Shown piece after piece: positions 11,681-23,950 of a stretch of DNA of 64,000 bases. The notes under the pieces are model-generated. The model was not told the DNA's origin. It worked only from the letters and a program-made list of their open reading frames with translations, and searched no databases. The stretch comes from Camelus dromedarius (taxonomy: Eukaryota). Position 1 is the first letter of the stretch; each line of letters begins with the position of its first letter. Made by a program: the position numbers and the translations under genes. Location of the stretch: NCBI RefSeq assembly GCF_036321535.1, contig NC_087436.1, positions 45,138,001-45,202,000 of the forward strand. The letters run 5' to 3'.

Positions 11681-14467
11681 CCAAATTTATTCTGTGCAGA
11701 ATAATGACATCCCAAGAAGAAATAAAACTGTAGAGAGCTTGAAAATTGAGAAGAAGAATATAAATTTTTTTAATAATTCCAATTACATTGGAAAAAACAA
11801 ACAGATTACTTAAAAGCACATATATTGTTAGTGCATAACACTGGGGTGTAGTGTGAATTCGAGCCCTGCAGGAAACACACCTGATCCACAGTGGGCAATC
11901 AAGGTGTTAATAGAATTCACCGCTCCCTCCCAAAAAAATCCCTATACATCAAATGTGTGAAAATTAAGTTCATTTAAACTCCTTATAAAATCAACCATCT
12001 ATTATCAGCATCAGTGGAGAAATGTTGCAACAGGTACATTAAACATCCTCTACACAAGATTATATAAATTTTGTGAAATAAGCATAATTGTCTTTTACTT
12101 ATATAGTATTAAAATAAGTTTTTATTATCTAAGTACACACCCAATGAATTGCTCAGAAACATAGCAACATCTTGGGTTGACTGAAAGATGAGATTTCAAA
12201 TTAAGTACAGTGTTCACCTTTCACTGTGTGCAGAGAAGACAGACTCCGCTTTGGGGCGGGGAGGGTCAGTCTAGAGTAGTTCTGACTTATCAAAAGTGGC
12301 CAGCCAGGCATTCCTGGGAGGGATGACCCACCATCCTTGAAAAATAAATAACTCACAGAAAAGCACTCCCATAAATTTCAAACATAGCTTTAGCACCTAA
12401 ATTCAATTTGCTGTAGTTTAATATAGTTGCCTCACCCAGCCACCTGCAGGCTTTAACAACTTCAGAGACAAGTCCAGTGACCAAAGAAAGTCTCATTACA
12501 AAGTGGCATTTAACTGGGGGGCCTCCAGGCAACTCAAGAACGTATTGTCTCAGAAAACACTGACCAAGGCAGACATGAAATAAAATCTGAAGAAAACAGT
12601 CTCTCAAAGGCAGGATGCAACAGGAACAAGTTTAAAATAACTGGCAGACATAGGTACACAAGATTGACTACAGATAATCTTCTCCATTTACCACTTCGAT
12701 GGAATCCTAATTATGCTTTATTTACTAAGGAGGGGACAAACTGAGTATAAAATATAGAGATGTACTAATTGACATTTTATAAGTATTTGTTTTGGAACAA
12801 CACAGCAAGTGGGCATCTAGCTACCAATTAATTGAATCAGTGCAAACTTTTACATGAGTGATAATTAATTTTTAACTGATCTTCCAGAAATGTTTGCAGA
12901 ATTTAAGGGAAAAAATCCCATTAGAAAGCTTTCAGTCTTACCAAGAACGTGGTTGCTCAGACATTTATATTTCCTGCCTAGAGCAGCAATTTCAATTATT
13001 TGGGGGAGGTGGTTTTGTTGGTGGAGAATCACAGCAATTTTCTTATTTTTCTCTGCTTTTGAGCATCTCATTTAGATAGTTCACACTCCAAAGGCAAGCA
13101 AGAAAAGACAGAGAAGTCAGAATTCATATTAATATTTTTTGACTCAAAATATTCATGCCACTACCCCCAAACTCTCTAAAAACAGTCCCGAGTTACTTAA
13201 AAAGTAAGAAAAATATCTTTTTAGTCTATCCCTGTTACATTTCCATTGTAAGGGACCTAATGTTTACAACAGTGCTTAAAATACTTTAAAGAATTTATTT
13301 AATTGTTGATTTCTATGCTTATGAATGCTGTGCACGGTTGCATTTTAAATGTAGCTACCGATACTGTTTTTCAGGGCAAAATTCAACTACTCTGTTCATT
13401 TCATAAACTCGTATACGTTTCATAACTATCTTTTTCTCTTATTGTTGGAAGCTAGACAAAATAATAGTTTTATTTTCAAAAAGTGATAACCTTAAACAGA
13501 ACTTGTCTTATCCTTAGTGCTAAAAACTAGTGCATATATGCTGTAACATACCGAAAGTATTCTTGAAATCTTTCTCTTCATACAAATTTAAGATAAGAAA
13601 GTCCTTAATGCCAGTGACTCGGACGTGACATCGCTGGGGACATAGTAACAAGGGAGGGCGGGAAAGAGTGGGGAGAGACACACAAAAAAACTGTTGGAAT
13701 GGGAAAGGAGAGCGGAACTGGGAACAGACTTCTGCTTCACACTTCTGTATAGGTCCGGGCCTGTCCTTAAACAAATGTTCAGCCAGTAATGCCGAGAAAT
13801 GCGAGTTCCTATTTTGCCATCTCCACTTCACATTCTTAAATCATTTAATTCTTCCCTATTTTGACAACAAACTAGTCCTCATTTTCCCATCACATAATCC
13901 TATACCACTTGAGTCTCAGATCCGCCTATGAAATGCTGAACAGAAATATAAACCATACTGCATTTGGAAGATTTCTCCCAGACCCTAACCACCTTCAACC
14001 CATGACATTTACTGGCCTTGTAGAAAGCAGTGGTATCACATGGTCATAACTAACAGTAAATCATCTGAGAATCGTGCCAAAGAGCTGAATCATGGGACTT
14101 GTACATTGTTGTTTTTACACGTAAATCAAAAATCACCAACCATTTTCAATTAAAAAAAATTGCATCTGGGGTTGTCAAGACATGTGCTACGTTTCAGCTG
14201 AGGGCAATTTGGGATGGTTAGATTATCGAGCGATCAAATAGCAACTTGGTAAATGGAAACACTGACGGATTTTTAGCTCATGAAATTCTCCCAGGGATCA
14301 AGGCAGCTGAACCGAAGAAATGCTCACAGGAAGGCTCTCCAGTAGGTAGACCAGGGTGTGCACCGTCCCAAGGCCAGCAGTGGCCCTGAAGCTAAAGCCA
14401 ACCGGCTGCAGGCTGGAGGGGAGCACAGACAGCAACTTTTAACTTACCTTAAAGAGTAACCTGTAGC

Positions 14468-14980
14468 AATATTATTCAGCCACGGTAAAGGAAGGAATCC
14501 TGCCATTTGCTGCTATAGGATGGAGCTTGAGGTCATTATGCTAAGTGGAATAGGCCAGACAGAGCAGGGCAAATACTGTATGATCCCCCTTATATATAGA
14601 ATCTAAAAAAGCCAAACCTATAGGAACAGAGAGTAGAGGGTGGTTACCAGGGGCTGAAGGTGGCAGAAATGGGGAGATGTTGTTAAAGGGACAGACTTGC
14701 AACTGGAAGATGAATAAATCCTGGGATCTAATGCACAGCATAGAGATTATAGTCAATGATACTGTATTAGAAACTGCAAAGTTACTAAGAGACTAGACTG
14801 TAAATGTTCTAACCACAAGAAAGTAGTGGTAATTGTGTGATGTGATAGAGAGATTAGCTAATGCTGCAGTGGTAATCATATTGCAATATATAAATATGTC
14901 AACTCAGCATGTTGTACACCTTAAACATATACAATGTTATAGGTTAATTTTATCTCAATAAACAAATTAAATTAAAAAAA
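14468..14980 (+). mobile_element. L1 (L1MA-like) 3' end
   Basis: TATTATTCAGCC...AATCCTGCCATTTGC...ATTATGCTAAGTG...CAAATACTGTATGATC...TTGTACACCTTAAAC...TATCTCAATAAA followed by an A tail. Confidence 0.9.
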
Positions 14981-16304
14981 GAAGTCTGGGCTCCCAGGGT
15001 CCTGGTAATTGATGAGAAGGGTCTGGGGAAAAGAAATGTCACTGGTCTGGGCTCAGATGACCTGGGCTCCGGGCACAATTGGCCACTAGTGCTCAGTGAA
15101 TCCTTGGGCGAAGCGTCAGATGGATTTCCTTACTCTCCCACCAAACCATGACTCATTTCTCTGTTGAAAGCTCCACGTTCCCAGCTTAATGAGGCTTTTT
15201 TTTTTCCTCAGGTACCACACTCATGTTCTGAGGTTGTAACAAACCGGCGTGTGTAAAAATGTCTTACCAGCCTGCACACACTCATTTTTAAAACTCTAGT
15301 TCAGATGACTCCATGTCTAATCTTTCAATTACTTCAGAAGTTTTTGTGAATAAAGGCTTTAAAATTCACATTGCAAATTTCACTTAACGTTTCCCAACAA
15401 ATCTAACCTCTTGAGAAGCTGTCACGAAAGGTCACTTATCGACCACCAACCTTTCAAAAATTGTGGAGTGATTAGAATTGCATTTTGAATATAATCCAAA
15501 CATGATCGTGGAGAAACACCTTCATTTCTTCTTAGCCCTCAGCACTAATTTCCCCATGTAATTTGTTCTTGTAGAACCCTGAGAGACTATATTTAAATCG
15601 TTGTACTGACAATTTTTAAAAGTTGCTTAATTAAGTGAGTGGGATTTTTTTTTCCTTGGGAAAAATCCTCAGCCCATATTGAGATTTTGTCTTAAACCTT
15701 GGTATTTTAAGGATTCTTTCAAGGTGTTTGAAGTATTCTTAATAGTTACTCAATTGCTATAAAACCCAATTTCTATTCTTCTAATCTCTATAATCAAATC
15801 TTTACTTTCATGACTTGCTATTAAGCCTCTATTTTAGGATTATAAAACCAGATATTCATCTTCTGTGTCTTGTTGCCATCAATTTGAAGGTGGCAAGAAT
15901 TTCGCACATACTTATAGTGAATGTGCTTCTTGGGCATACACTCAAGAATAGAATGTGCGCTGAGGTGCCTGTAATGTTATTAGGAAAGCACTTAATGCAG
16001 AGACGAACACGTGGCAGGTAACCTGGTGAATACAATGGACGAATTGGCACCATTAAGCTTGCAGAGCAACAAAGCATGTGATACAGACCCCCTAAGGGTC
16101 ATGGGCAAACTGATTAAACCCAGTACCAGTAGGATCCATCTTTGAATCCTGGGACTAAAGTAGGAGCCACACATAAAGAAAAGCCTGAAGAAATAAAATA
16201 CAGGTTCAGAGGATAAATAGAATAATAACAGTTGTACAACAAGGTGATTGTACTTAAAAATGGCTGGAATGGTAAATTTTATGTGTTTGACCATGATAAA
16301 ATAA

Positions 16305-16565
16305 TAATCATAATAACAGCAAATATATGTGTGTTTCCTGCACCGAGTGCTTCCTGTGAATTATCCACTTAATCTTCAAAGCAACTCTTTGAGGAGACAC
16401 TGGTATTATCTTCTGTTGAAGGAAACCCAAAGACCACAAAGATAAAGTAACTTTTCCGAGAGCTAATAAAATAACTTCTCCCAGTAGGTTCTCATAGAAC
16501 AGATAAATGCTAAAGGCCTGTTGAACCCAAGTATTCTGATTTTAGATTCTGTGATTTTTAACTAT
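16305..16565 (-). mobile_element. MIR SINE (degenerate)
   Basis: AATAACAGCAAATAT...CACTTAATCTTCAAAGCAACTCTTTGAGG...TAAAGTAACTT...TTGAACCCAAGTATTCTGA. Confidence 0.55.
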
Positions 16566-16729
16566 AGACAGTAGGACTTCTACAGATGTTAATGAAAATA
16601 GTTACAATTATAGCGGAAAGGGGCCCATACTGAAAAGCAAAACAATCTAAAAATTTTAGTCCAAAGCAAAAGACGCTGGCTGAGTGACTGCAATAACATG
16701 GAGAACAGGGGAGAATAGTCAGTTATGTT

Positions 16730-17490
16730 TACTTACTTACTCATCTAGACAATGAATAATTGGATGTCTACTAGGTTTCAGTTCCAGGCACTGGGAATAT
16801 TATGTGAATGAGACAGACAAGGACCTTGCTTTCCTAGAAGTTGCATTCTAGTAGGCCAGAGAGATGGTCAAAAGAAAGTAAACAAATTAATAAAGTAATT
16901 TTGACTCTCGGCAAGTGCTTTGAGGTAGCACAACACTGGTGGCAAGAAAGCGCCTGTGTTAGAGAAGGAGATGTGTTAGCCTGGCCTTGGCACAGCTGAC
17001 CTCTCAGGCCAGATGATTCTCTGCTGTGAGAGCTGGGGGTGGGCAGAGGACTGGCATGTGCATTATAGGGTGTTCAGCAGCATCCTAGCCTCTTCCCCTT
17101 AGAGGCCAGTAGCACAACCCCTCCTCCTCCCAAGTTATGGCAAACAAAATTGTCTCCAGACACTGCCCAATGTCTCTTGGGGGACAAAGTCACGCCAGTT
17201 AAGAACCATAGGCTTAAGGGATCATAGACATCTTCTCTGAAAAGGTGATATCTGACCTGAGGCCAAATGACATGACAGGGACAGCCAGGAAAGATCTGGG
17301 ACTCAGCATCTGGGATCCAAGCAAAGAGGCGAATAAAGGCAAACACGCTAATGTGGGAAAAGAGATGGGAAAGAAAGCCAGGGTGGCTGAAGCATCATGA
17401 AGCGTGTCAAGAGTGGTAGGAGGGGCGTCACACAGGTAGGCAGAGGTGGTCCTGGAAACCTCGTGGGCACCTGAGTCCTTGTAAGTGTTT
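16730..17490 (-). mobile_element. L2 LINE 3' region, interrupted by MER20
   Basis: CCAGGCACTGGGAATA...AGACAGACAAGGACCTTGCTTTCCTAGAAGTTGCATTCTAG; resumes after 17215 with CTTCTCTGAAAAGGTGATATCTGACCTGAG. Confidence 0.7.
16970..17211 (-). mobile_element. MER20 hAT-Charlie DNA transposon
   Basis: GTGCATTATAGGGTGTTCAGCAGCATCCT...CCAGTAGCAC...AAAATTGTCTCCAGACACTGCCCAATGTCTCTTGGGGGACAAAGTCAC...AAGAACCA. Confidence 0.85.
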
Positions 17491-17664
17491 TAGTTTATCA
17501 GGAAAAAATAAGAGCAAAGAGGATTTTTTTTTAATCTCTATGATAGGTGATTAAAGAAAGTACTTTTCTATTTTCTTTGAAATTCTTAAAAGGGCTTAGC
17601 ATTTGTCACAGCTAACACCTACCTGGGATGAAACAGTGAACCTCTTCAGGCCTGTATAGCCAAT

Positions 17665-17895
17665 CATTGCTTCATTTGATATGCAAATATTTGTTGAGGG
17701 CCTACTAAGTCCCAGACGCTGTTTTAGGCACGTGGATACAGCACCGAACAACAACAACAAAGAGATCTGCCCCCCTGGATCTTATGTTCTAATTGGAGGA
17801 GACAGATGAACAACAGATATCAAGTAAAGTGGTTATACAGTGGCGTGGAAGATGATAAGTACTATGCACCAAAAAAATAAAGTGGATAAAAGATA
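17665..17895 (-). mobile_element. L2 LINE 3' end
   Basis: CAAATATTTGTTGAGGGCCTACTAAGTCCCAGACGCTGTTTTAGGCAC. Confidence 0.75.
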
Positions 17896-18500
17896 GAAAC
17901 CACACTGAGGACATATAAAAATGTAAATTCATCATGTTCTTAGCAAACAATTAATACATTTCCAGAGATTTCCATTTATTCTTTCATTTTCATTGGACAC
18001 TTTGCAAAATCAAATACTTTTTGCCTTATGAATGAACTTGTGAACTGACTGAAAGACACCTGAAAATGTGAACAAAGCCCAACCGTGCACCTGTGGTGAA
18101 GCTCAGGGTACCCTATAAGGGGTATCAAATTGTTTGACAATCTACAATAGATAGGTGATTCTCTTTGAGTCATTTTTGTTTGGGGGTTCAAACATACCAA
18201 TATATCACCGCTAGTATGAATTCAAATCAGGATTGATGAGGAGAAGCATCCAAAAACCTAACCTAATCACTCACTCAAGTAATCTATAAAGGTGTGTGAT
18301 GCCATCCCAGGCTGAGTGTAATTACCCTCTTGCTTTATTACTAGAAAATTTAACCAACTTAAAGCTAAACATCAGTGGCAATTTTGAGTGTGGATCATAG
18401 TAAACACATACTCCCTACAACTGATTTTTATCAAAGGACATTTCAAATAGTAAGATGGGAAGAAGTTAAAATTCCCTCTGTTAAGATAAGACTAAGATGA

Positions 18501-18960
18501 TGTAATAGTTTCTGACAGTCACTGTAAGAAATCACCACAGATTTGGTGGCTGAAGACAGCAGAAATTTCTTCTCTTACAGTTTTGGAAGCCAGAAGTCTA
18601 AAATCAGTTTCACTGGGCTGGGATCAAGATGCCAGCAGGGCCACACTGCCCCTCGAAGCTCTAGGGGAGAATTTGTTCCTCACCTCTTCCAGCTTCTGTG
18701 GTTGCCAGCACATCCCTCCACCCTCCACCTCAGTCTTCCTCTCACCTTCTCCTCTGTGTGCCTACTCTCCCTCTGCCTCTCTCATAAGGACATTTGTGAT
18801 GGCACTTAGGGCCCACTCCCATAATCCAGGATAATCTTCTCATTTCAAGACCCTTAACTAATCAAATTTGCAAAAACAATTTTTCCAAAAAGGTAACATT
18901 TACAGGTTCCACGGATTAGGACATGAATATCGTTTGGGGGGCCTTTCTCAATTTACCATA
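18501..18960 (-). mobile_element. MLT1C/D-like solo LTR
   Basis: TGTAATAGTTTC...TTACAGTTTTGGAAGCCAGAAGTCTAAAATCAG...TAGGGGAGAAT...ATAATCCAGGATAATCT...GGTAACATTTACAGGTTCC. Confidence 0.9.
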
Positions 18961-20586
18961 ACGTTGTCTTCCATCGAGGGAAGAGGGAAACCAAATTAAA
19001 GTACTTGGGAAAACTTCCTGTTCTCACATAAGCATTGCGGTTCATCACCAAATATCACTTAAGCAGCAAATGCTGCTCCCAATATCAAGTATTTCCTATC
19101 CCCCAAAATGAGTTGGAAGTGTCACGTGAAGGTAAATGACAACATACCAAACACTCCCTGACATTAATAGGTTTACTTCTCACTGACTTGTAAAAAAGTT
19201 ACTATAGATTTCCGATATGGTCTTTTAATTTAAAGAAAAACATTATTACAATGAAATGAATCATTTTATTACTACAAGGATATCCTTTATATTAATTATA
19301 GAATTGGGTATCAATTCCAACCTCTCAGTACAAACTAATATTAAAAGACCAGTTTTAGGAATCTGTTTTTTATATTAGTATTTCATGTTTACTCAGAAAA
19401 CTTATGCCTAGTTCACACTCCAATACTAAAACTCATGTGACATAAAGTTCTGTTCCTCTTAGAATTGAAAAAGTCACAAGAGATTACTCCTTTTCTAAAA
19501 ACAAGAGAAAAAAAAAAAAACAGATAACCCACAAAATCATAACCCTTCTTGAGCCCAGGAGAGAGCTGAGCACAAGATAATCAGATGAACTAAATTTGAA
19601 GGCATGACACGCCCGTCTGAAGAGAAATGGGATACACGAACTGTTTCATCTCAGCCAGAGTACAGGAGGAAGAAGGCAACTGCCAGTGTAAAAGTGGATA
19701 AGAAAAAACTTAAATTTTACACATTTTTAAAGGTCAGCTGTGTGCTAAAAGGACAATTTAGACAGCTCGGGAGATCCAGACCCAAGGGGAGCACATATTC
19801 ATTCTCCAGCTCTTTTCCATGAGCCTCCACTGATTGCTCACAAGAAAGACTGGAGCATGACAGAGGAGCTGAGACAGCACTCCTCAGTAAAACATGAGCA
19901 TGAAGCCCTGCCTGCATCTCGGATCCTTCTCCTGTGTGAAGTAAAAGCCTAAGGCTCTGGGAGAGGAGCAGAAACGCCACCCTCCCAGACAAATATCCAC
20001 TGCTTCTCCGGGAGGGCAGAAGCAAAAGCTATCTACTGTTGGGAGAGGAGAGAAAAACCTACATCTCCACTCCCAGCAAAGGTTGGTAATGCTCATACCA
20101 GACGGAAATTTGAAGCTTCAAAGAAATGAAAAGAATTAAAACAGGAAGAATTAGGATAAATATGAAAAACATTTTTCTTATTTTCAATTATTTTAAAAGA
20201 TAATTGACTAAAGCAAAAGCAGTAGCAATGCATTCTGAATTTAGAACATGAGGAGAAATAACATTTATGACAAGAGCAGTATAGAAGGGAAGAAATAAAA
20301 GTATATCATGATAAGGGTCTTACACTACATGTGAATTAGCATAATACTATGTAAAGGTACACTCTGATTAGTAAGAGGTATGTGTAGTAAACTCTAAGGC
20401 AACCAAAAAAAAGAAGTATATGTAATAAGCTGATATTAGTTGTGTCAAAATAGAGTCATAAAATATTCAAAGCAAAAGGAAAGGGGAAAAGAAACAAAGA
20501 ACAGATAGGAACAATAAAATACAAAGAGCAAGATAATAGATTTAAGTTCCAGATTATTAATGACTGCATTAAAGGTAAACAGTCTA

Positions 20587-21782
20587 AAAACAAGAATAAA
20601 CAAATGGGACCTAATTAAACTTACAAGTTTCTGCACAGCAAAGGAAACCATAAGCAAAACAAACAACAACCTGCAGAATGGGAGAAAATTTTTGCAGAAG
20701 ATGAAACCGACAAAGGCTTGATCTCCAGAATATATAAGCAGCTCATACGACTTAATAAGAAAAAAACAAACAACCCAATCCAAAAATGGGCAGAAGACCT
20801 AAATGAGCAATTCTCCAAGGAAGAAATACAAATGATCAATAGGCACATGAAAAAATGCTCAATACCACTAATTATCAGAGAACTGCAAATCAAAACCACA
20901 ATGAGGTATCACCTCTCACCAGTCAGAATGGCCATCATTCAAAAGTCCACAAATGACACATGCTGGAGAGGCTGTGGAGAAAAGGGAACCCTCCTACACT
21001 GCTGGTGGGAATGCAGTTTGGTGCAGCCCCTGTGGAAAACAGTATGGAGAGTCCTCAAAAGAGTAGGAATAGACTTACCATATGACCCAGGAATCCTGCT
21101 CCTGGACATGTATCCAGAAGGAACCCTACTTCAGAAAGACACCTGCACCCCAATGTTCATAGCAGCACTATTTACAGTAGCCAAGACATGGAAACAGCCT
21201 AAATGTCCATCGACAGATGACTGGATAAAGAAGAGGTGGTATTTTTATACAGTGGAATACTATTCAGCCATAAAAAACCGACAACATAATGCCATTTGCA
21301 GCAACATGGATGTTCCTGGAGAATGTTATTCTAAGTGAAGTAAGCCAGAAAGAGAAAGAAAAATACTGTATGAGATCACTCATATGTGGAATCTAAAAAA
21401 GAAAAGAAAAGAAAAGAAAAGAAAAGAAAAGAAAAGAAAAGAAAAGAAAAGAAAAGAAAAGAAAAAAAAAGAAAAGAACATAAATACAAAACAGAAACAG
21501 ACTCATAGACATAGAATACAAACTTGTGGTTGCCAAGGGGGCAGAGGGTGGGAAGGAACAGACTGGGATTTCAAAATGTAGAATAGGTAAACAAGATTAT
21601 ACTGTATAGCACAGGGAAATATATACAAGATCTTGTGGTAGCTCACAGCAAAAAAAAGTGACAATGAATATATGTATGTTCATGTATAACTGAAAAATTG
21701 TGCTCTACACTGGAAATTGGCACAACATTGTAAAATGACTATAACTCAATAAAAAAATGTAAAAATTTTAAAAATTAAAAAA
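20587..21782 (+). mobile_element. Young 5'-truncated L1 (ORF2 C-terminus + 3' UTR), camelid-type
   Basis: ORF 20718-21338 gives L1 ORF2 C-terminus with [18 protein letters not shown] and [24 protein letters not shown]-rich tail; TSD-like TAAAGGTAAACAGTCTA (20570-20586) / TAAATGTAAATAGTCTA (21783-21799). Confidence 0.95.
21401..21475 (+). repeat. (GAAAA)n microsatellite inside the L1 3' UTR
   Basis: About 13 consecutive GAAAA units seen directly. Confidence 0.95.
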
Positions 21783-21900
21783 TAAATGTAAATAGTCTAT
21801 ATATTACAAATAAAAGGCAGAGATTCTCACATTCGGATTTTAAAAAGCAACCAAACAATTTGCAGTAAAAGAACAACACTTATTAAAAATAAAAGGATGG

Positions 21901-22543
21901 TTTTAAAAAAAACTAAAAATAAAGTTACCATATGATCCAGCAATCCCACTCCTGGGCATACATCCAGAGAAAACTCTAATTGAAAAAGATACATGCATGC
22001 CAATGTTCACAGCAGTACTATTTACAGCAGCCAAGACATGGAAGCAACCTAAATATTCAGTGACAGATGCCTGGATAAAAAAAGAGATGCAATGGAATAC
22101 TACTCAGCCATAAAAAGGAATGAAATAATGCCATTTGCAGCCACATGGCTGGACCTAGAGATTATCATACTAAGTGAAGTAAGTCAGAGAAAAGACAAAT
22201 ATATGATATCACTTATACGTGGAATCTAAAAGCTGATGCAATTGAACTTATTTACAAAACAGAATCAGATTCACTGATGTAGAAAACAAACTTATGGTTA
22301 CCAGGTAAGAAAGGGGAGTAGGGGAGGGTTAAATTAGAAGTTTTGGATTAGCAGATACAAACTACTATATATAAAATAGGTGAACAACAAGGTCTTACTG
22401 TATAGCACAGGGGACTATATTCAATATCTTATAATAACCTATAATGAAAAAGAATATATATGTGTAACTGAATCACTATCCTATACACCAGAACCAAACA
22501 GAATGTTGCAAATCAACTATACTTCAATTTAAAAAAAAAAAAA
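21901..22543 (+). mobile_element. Second 5'-truncated L1 3' end
   Basis: TTACCATATGATCCAGCAATCCCACTCCTGGGCATA...GCCAAGACATGGAAGCAACCTAAAT...AATCAACTATACTTCAAT followed by poly(A); TSD-like AAAATAAAAGGATG / AAAGTAGAAGGATG. Confidence 0.9.
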
Positions 22544-23079
22544 AGTAGAAGGATGAGAGAAGCTTTGCAAACACTAATCAAAAGAATGCTGGAGAAGTTA
22601 TACTAATAAAGTAGATTTTGGTACAAGGAATATTACCAAGATAATATTCAATCATGTCAATAATAATGAAAGATTAAAATGTATCAAGAAGAAATAACAA
22701 CACTGACTATGTAGGCACTTAACTGTAGAGCTTTAAATGCACAGGCAAAAACTAACAGGACTAAAACAAAAAATAGAAAAATCCACAAGTGTGGTTAGAG
22801 ATTTCAAAAAAATCCTCTCTCAGTAAGGTTATAGAATTACTAGACAAAAAGTCAATAAGGATATAAAAAATTTGAACAAAACCATCAACTAACTCCACCC
22901 AGTGACAGTACAATACATATTTTTAAACCACAATAGATTGTACTCTGGGCCATGAAACAGATACCAACAACTTTAAAAGAATTGAAGTCATACGAAGTAT
23001 GGCCTTTGACCAAATGAAATATGACATGCAGATTCCAAGGCCCATAGGGCGCTCTAAGAAAGGCTGGTTTTCATCCATT

Positions 23080-23950
23080 CTGTCAGAAGTTGAAAAAGGT
23101 TCCATGAAGTAGCATCTGATGTGGATTTTTTTCTAAATTAGAGGGAGGTTGCTTCACACGGAGGAAAGAATATGAACCAAAGAATGAGAGCAGGAAAGAC
23201 AGTCAGTCATAAGAAGTATCCCACTTCAGTGGGGAAATACAAGGTAAAGCCAGAGTGTAAATTGGGGTGACTTTTTGGCCTAACTTGCGATATCAGGCTG
23301 AGTGTTTGACACCTAATTCAATAAGAAACTGGCAATTCCCAAGATATGTACTACTATGAGATTCACCTGCCAGCAAAGCAAGAGAGAAGACTAGAGCTGA
23401 AGAGGCCATGATAACAGTCTAGGCAAGAAACAATAAACTTCTCAGCCAAGATGCTGGCAGTGAAAGAAAAAAATCAGTGACATTTTTGTGTGACTATGCA
23501 GATGTTAAAGCTGATTTAATTGGCAAAAGTTGGGTGGTTGTGGCACAGGTGAGAATAGAAGGAGATTCTCAAGAAATATGGTCGGGTTTTGATTTGGAGC
23601 GACTTGGAGGATAGTGGTGCCATTAAAATTATTTTTAAAAGTTATATATATATTATATTTTTTTAAGTTTTAGAGTTGGTGGAAAGAGATAAGGCGAAAT
23701 GATGAGTTGGGTTTCAAAGATGAATTTTAAAATATTCCCCATCCATCCAAATAAAGACTGGAGAGAGAAGAAAGGTTCTACAATTGGGGATGAAGATGGG
23801 CATAGAAATATAAATGTCAGAGTCATCTGCATGGAGGTGAGTGGAGAAAGTGGAGAGAAAGAAGAGAAAAATATAGGGACCAGGACTTGGGTTTATCTAC
23901 ACTTAAGGAGAAGGATAATGAATTAACAAAGAAGACAGGCAAGGATTGTC
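23080..23950 (-). mobile_element. L2 LINE fragments
   Basis: Purine-rich L2-like motifs (ATAGTGGTGCCATT, GATGAGTTGGGTTT, AGAGTCATCTGCATGGAGGTG, ACACTTAAGG). Confidence 0.55.

Larger units (their letters stand above)
19520..23025 (+). mobile_element. Old L1M element (5' region to ORF2 endonuclease), split by two younger L1 insertions
   Basis: Degenerate L1 5'/inter-ORF sequence at 19.5-20.6 kb; TAAATGTAAATAGTCT...AAAAGGCAGAGATT (start of EN) at 21.8 kb; GCAAACACTAATCAAAAGAATGCTGGAG...GAGATTTCAA...ATAGATTGTACTCTGGGCCAT at 22.56-22.96 kb. Confidence 0.65.

Noticed and set aside
11853..11920. Short imperfect hairpin (GTGAATTC...AACACACCTGAT...ATCAAGGTGTT...GAATTCAC)
   Set aside because: Stems are short and interrupted; compatible with chance and matches no known RNA.
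20718..21338. 206-aa ORF as a host gene
   Set aside because: It is the L1 ORF2 C-terminus of a 5'-truncated insertion and goes out of frame near its end.
21384..21581. Lys/Arg/Glu-rich ORF
   Set aside because: Translation of the (GAAAA)n microsatellite.
23475..23503. Resemblance to miR-153 arms (CAGTGACATTTTTGTGTGACTATGCAG)
   Set aside because: Partial match only, no partner arm forming a hairpin, and it sits among L2 fragments.
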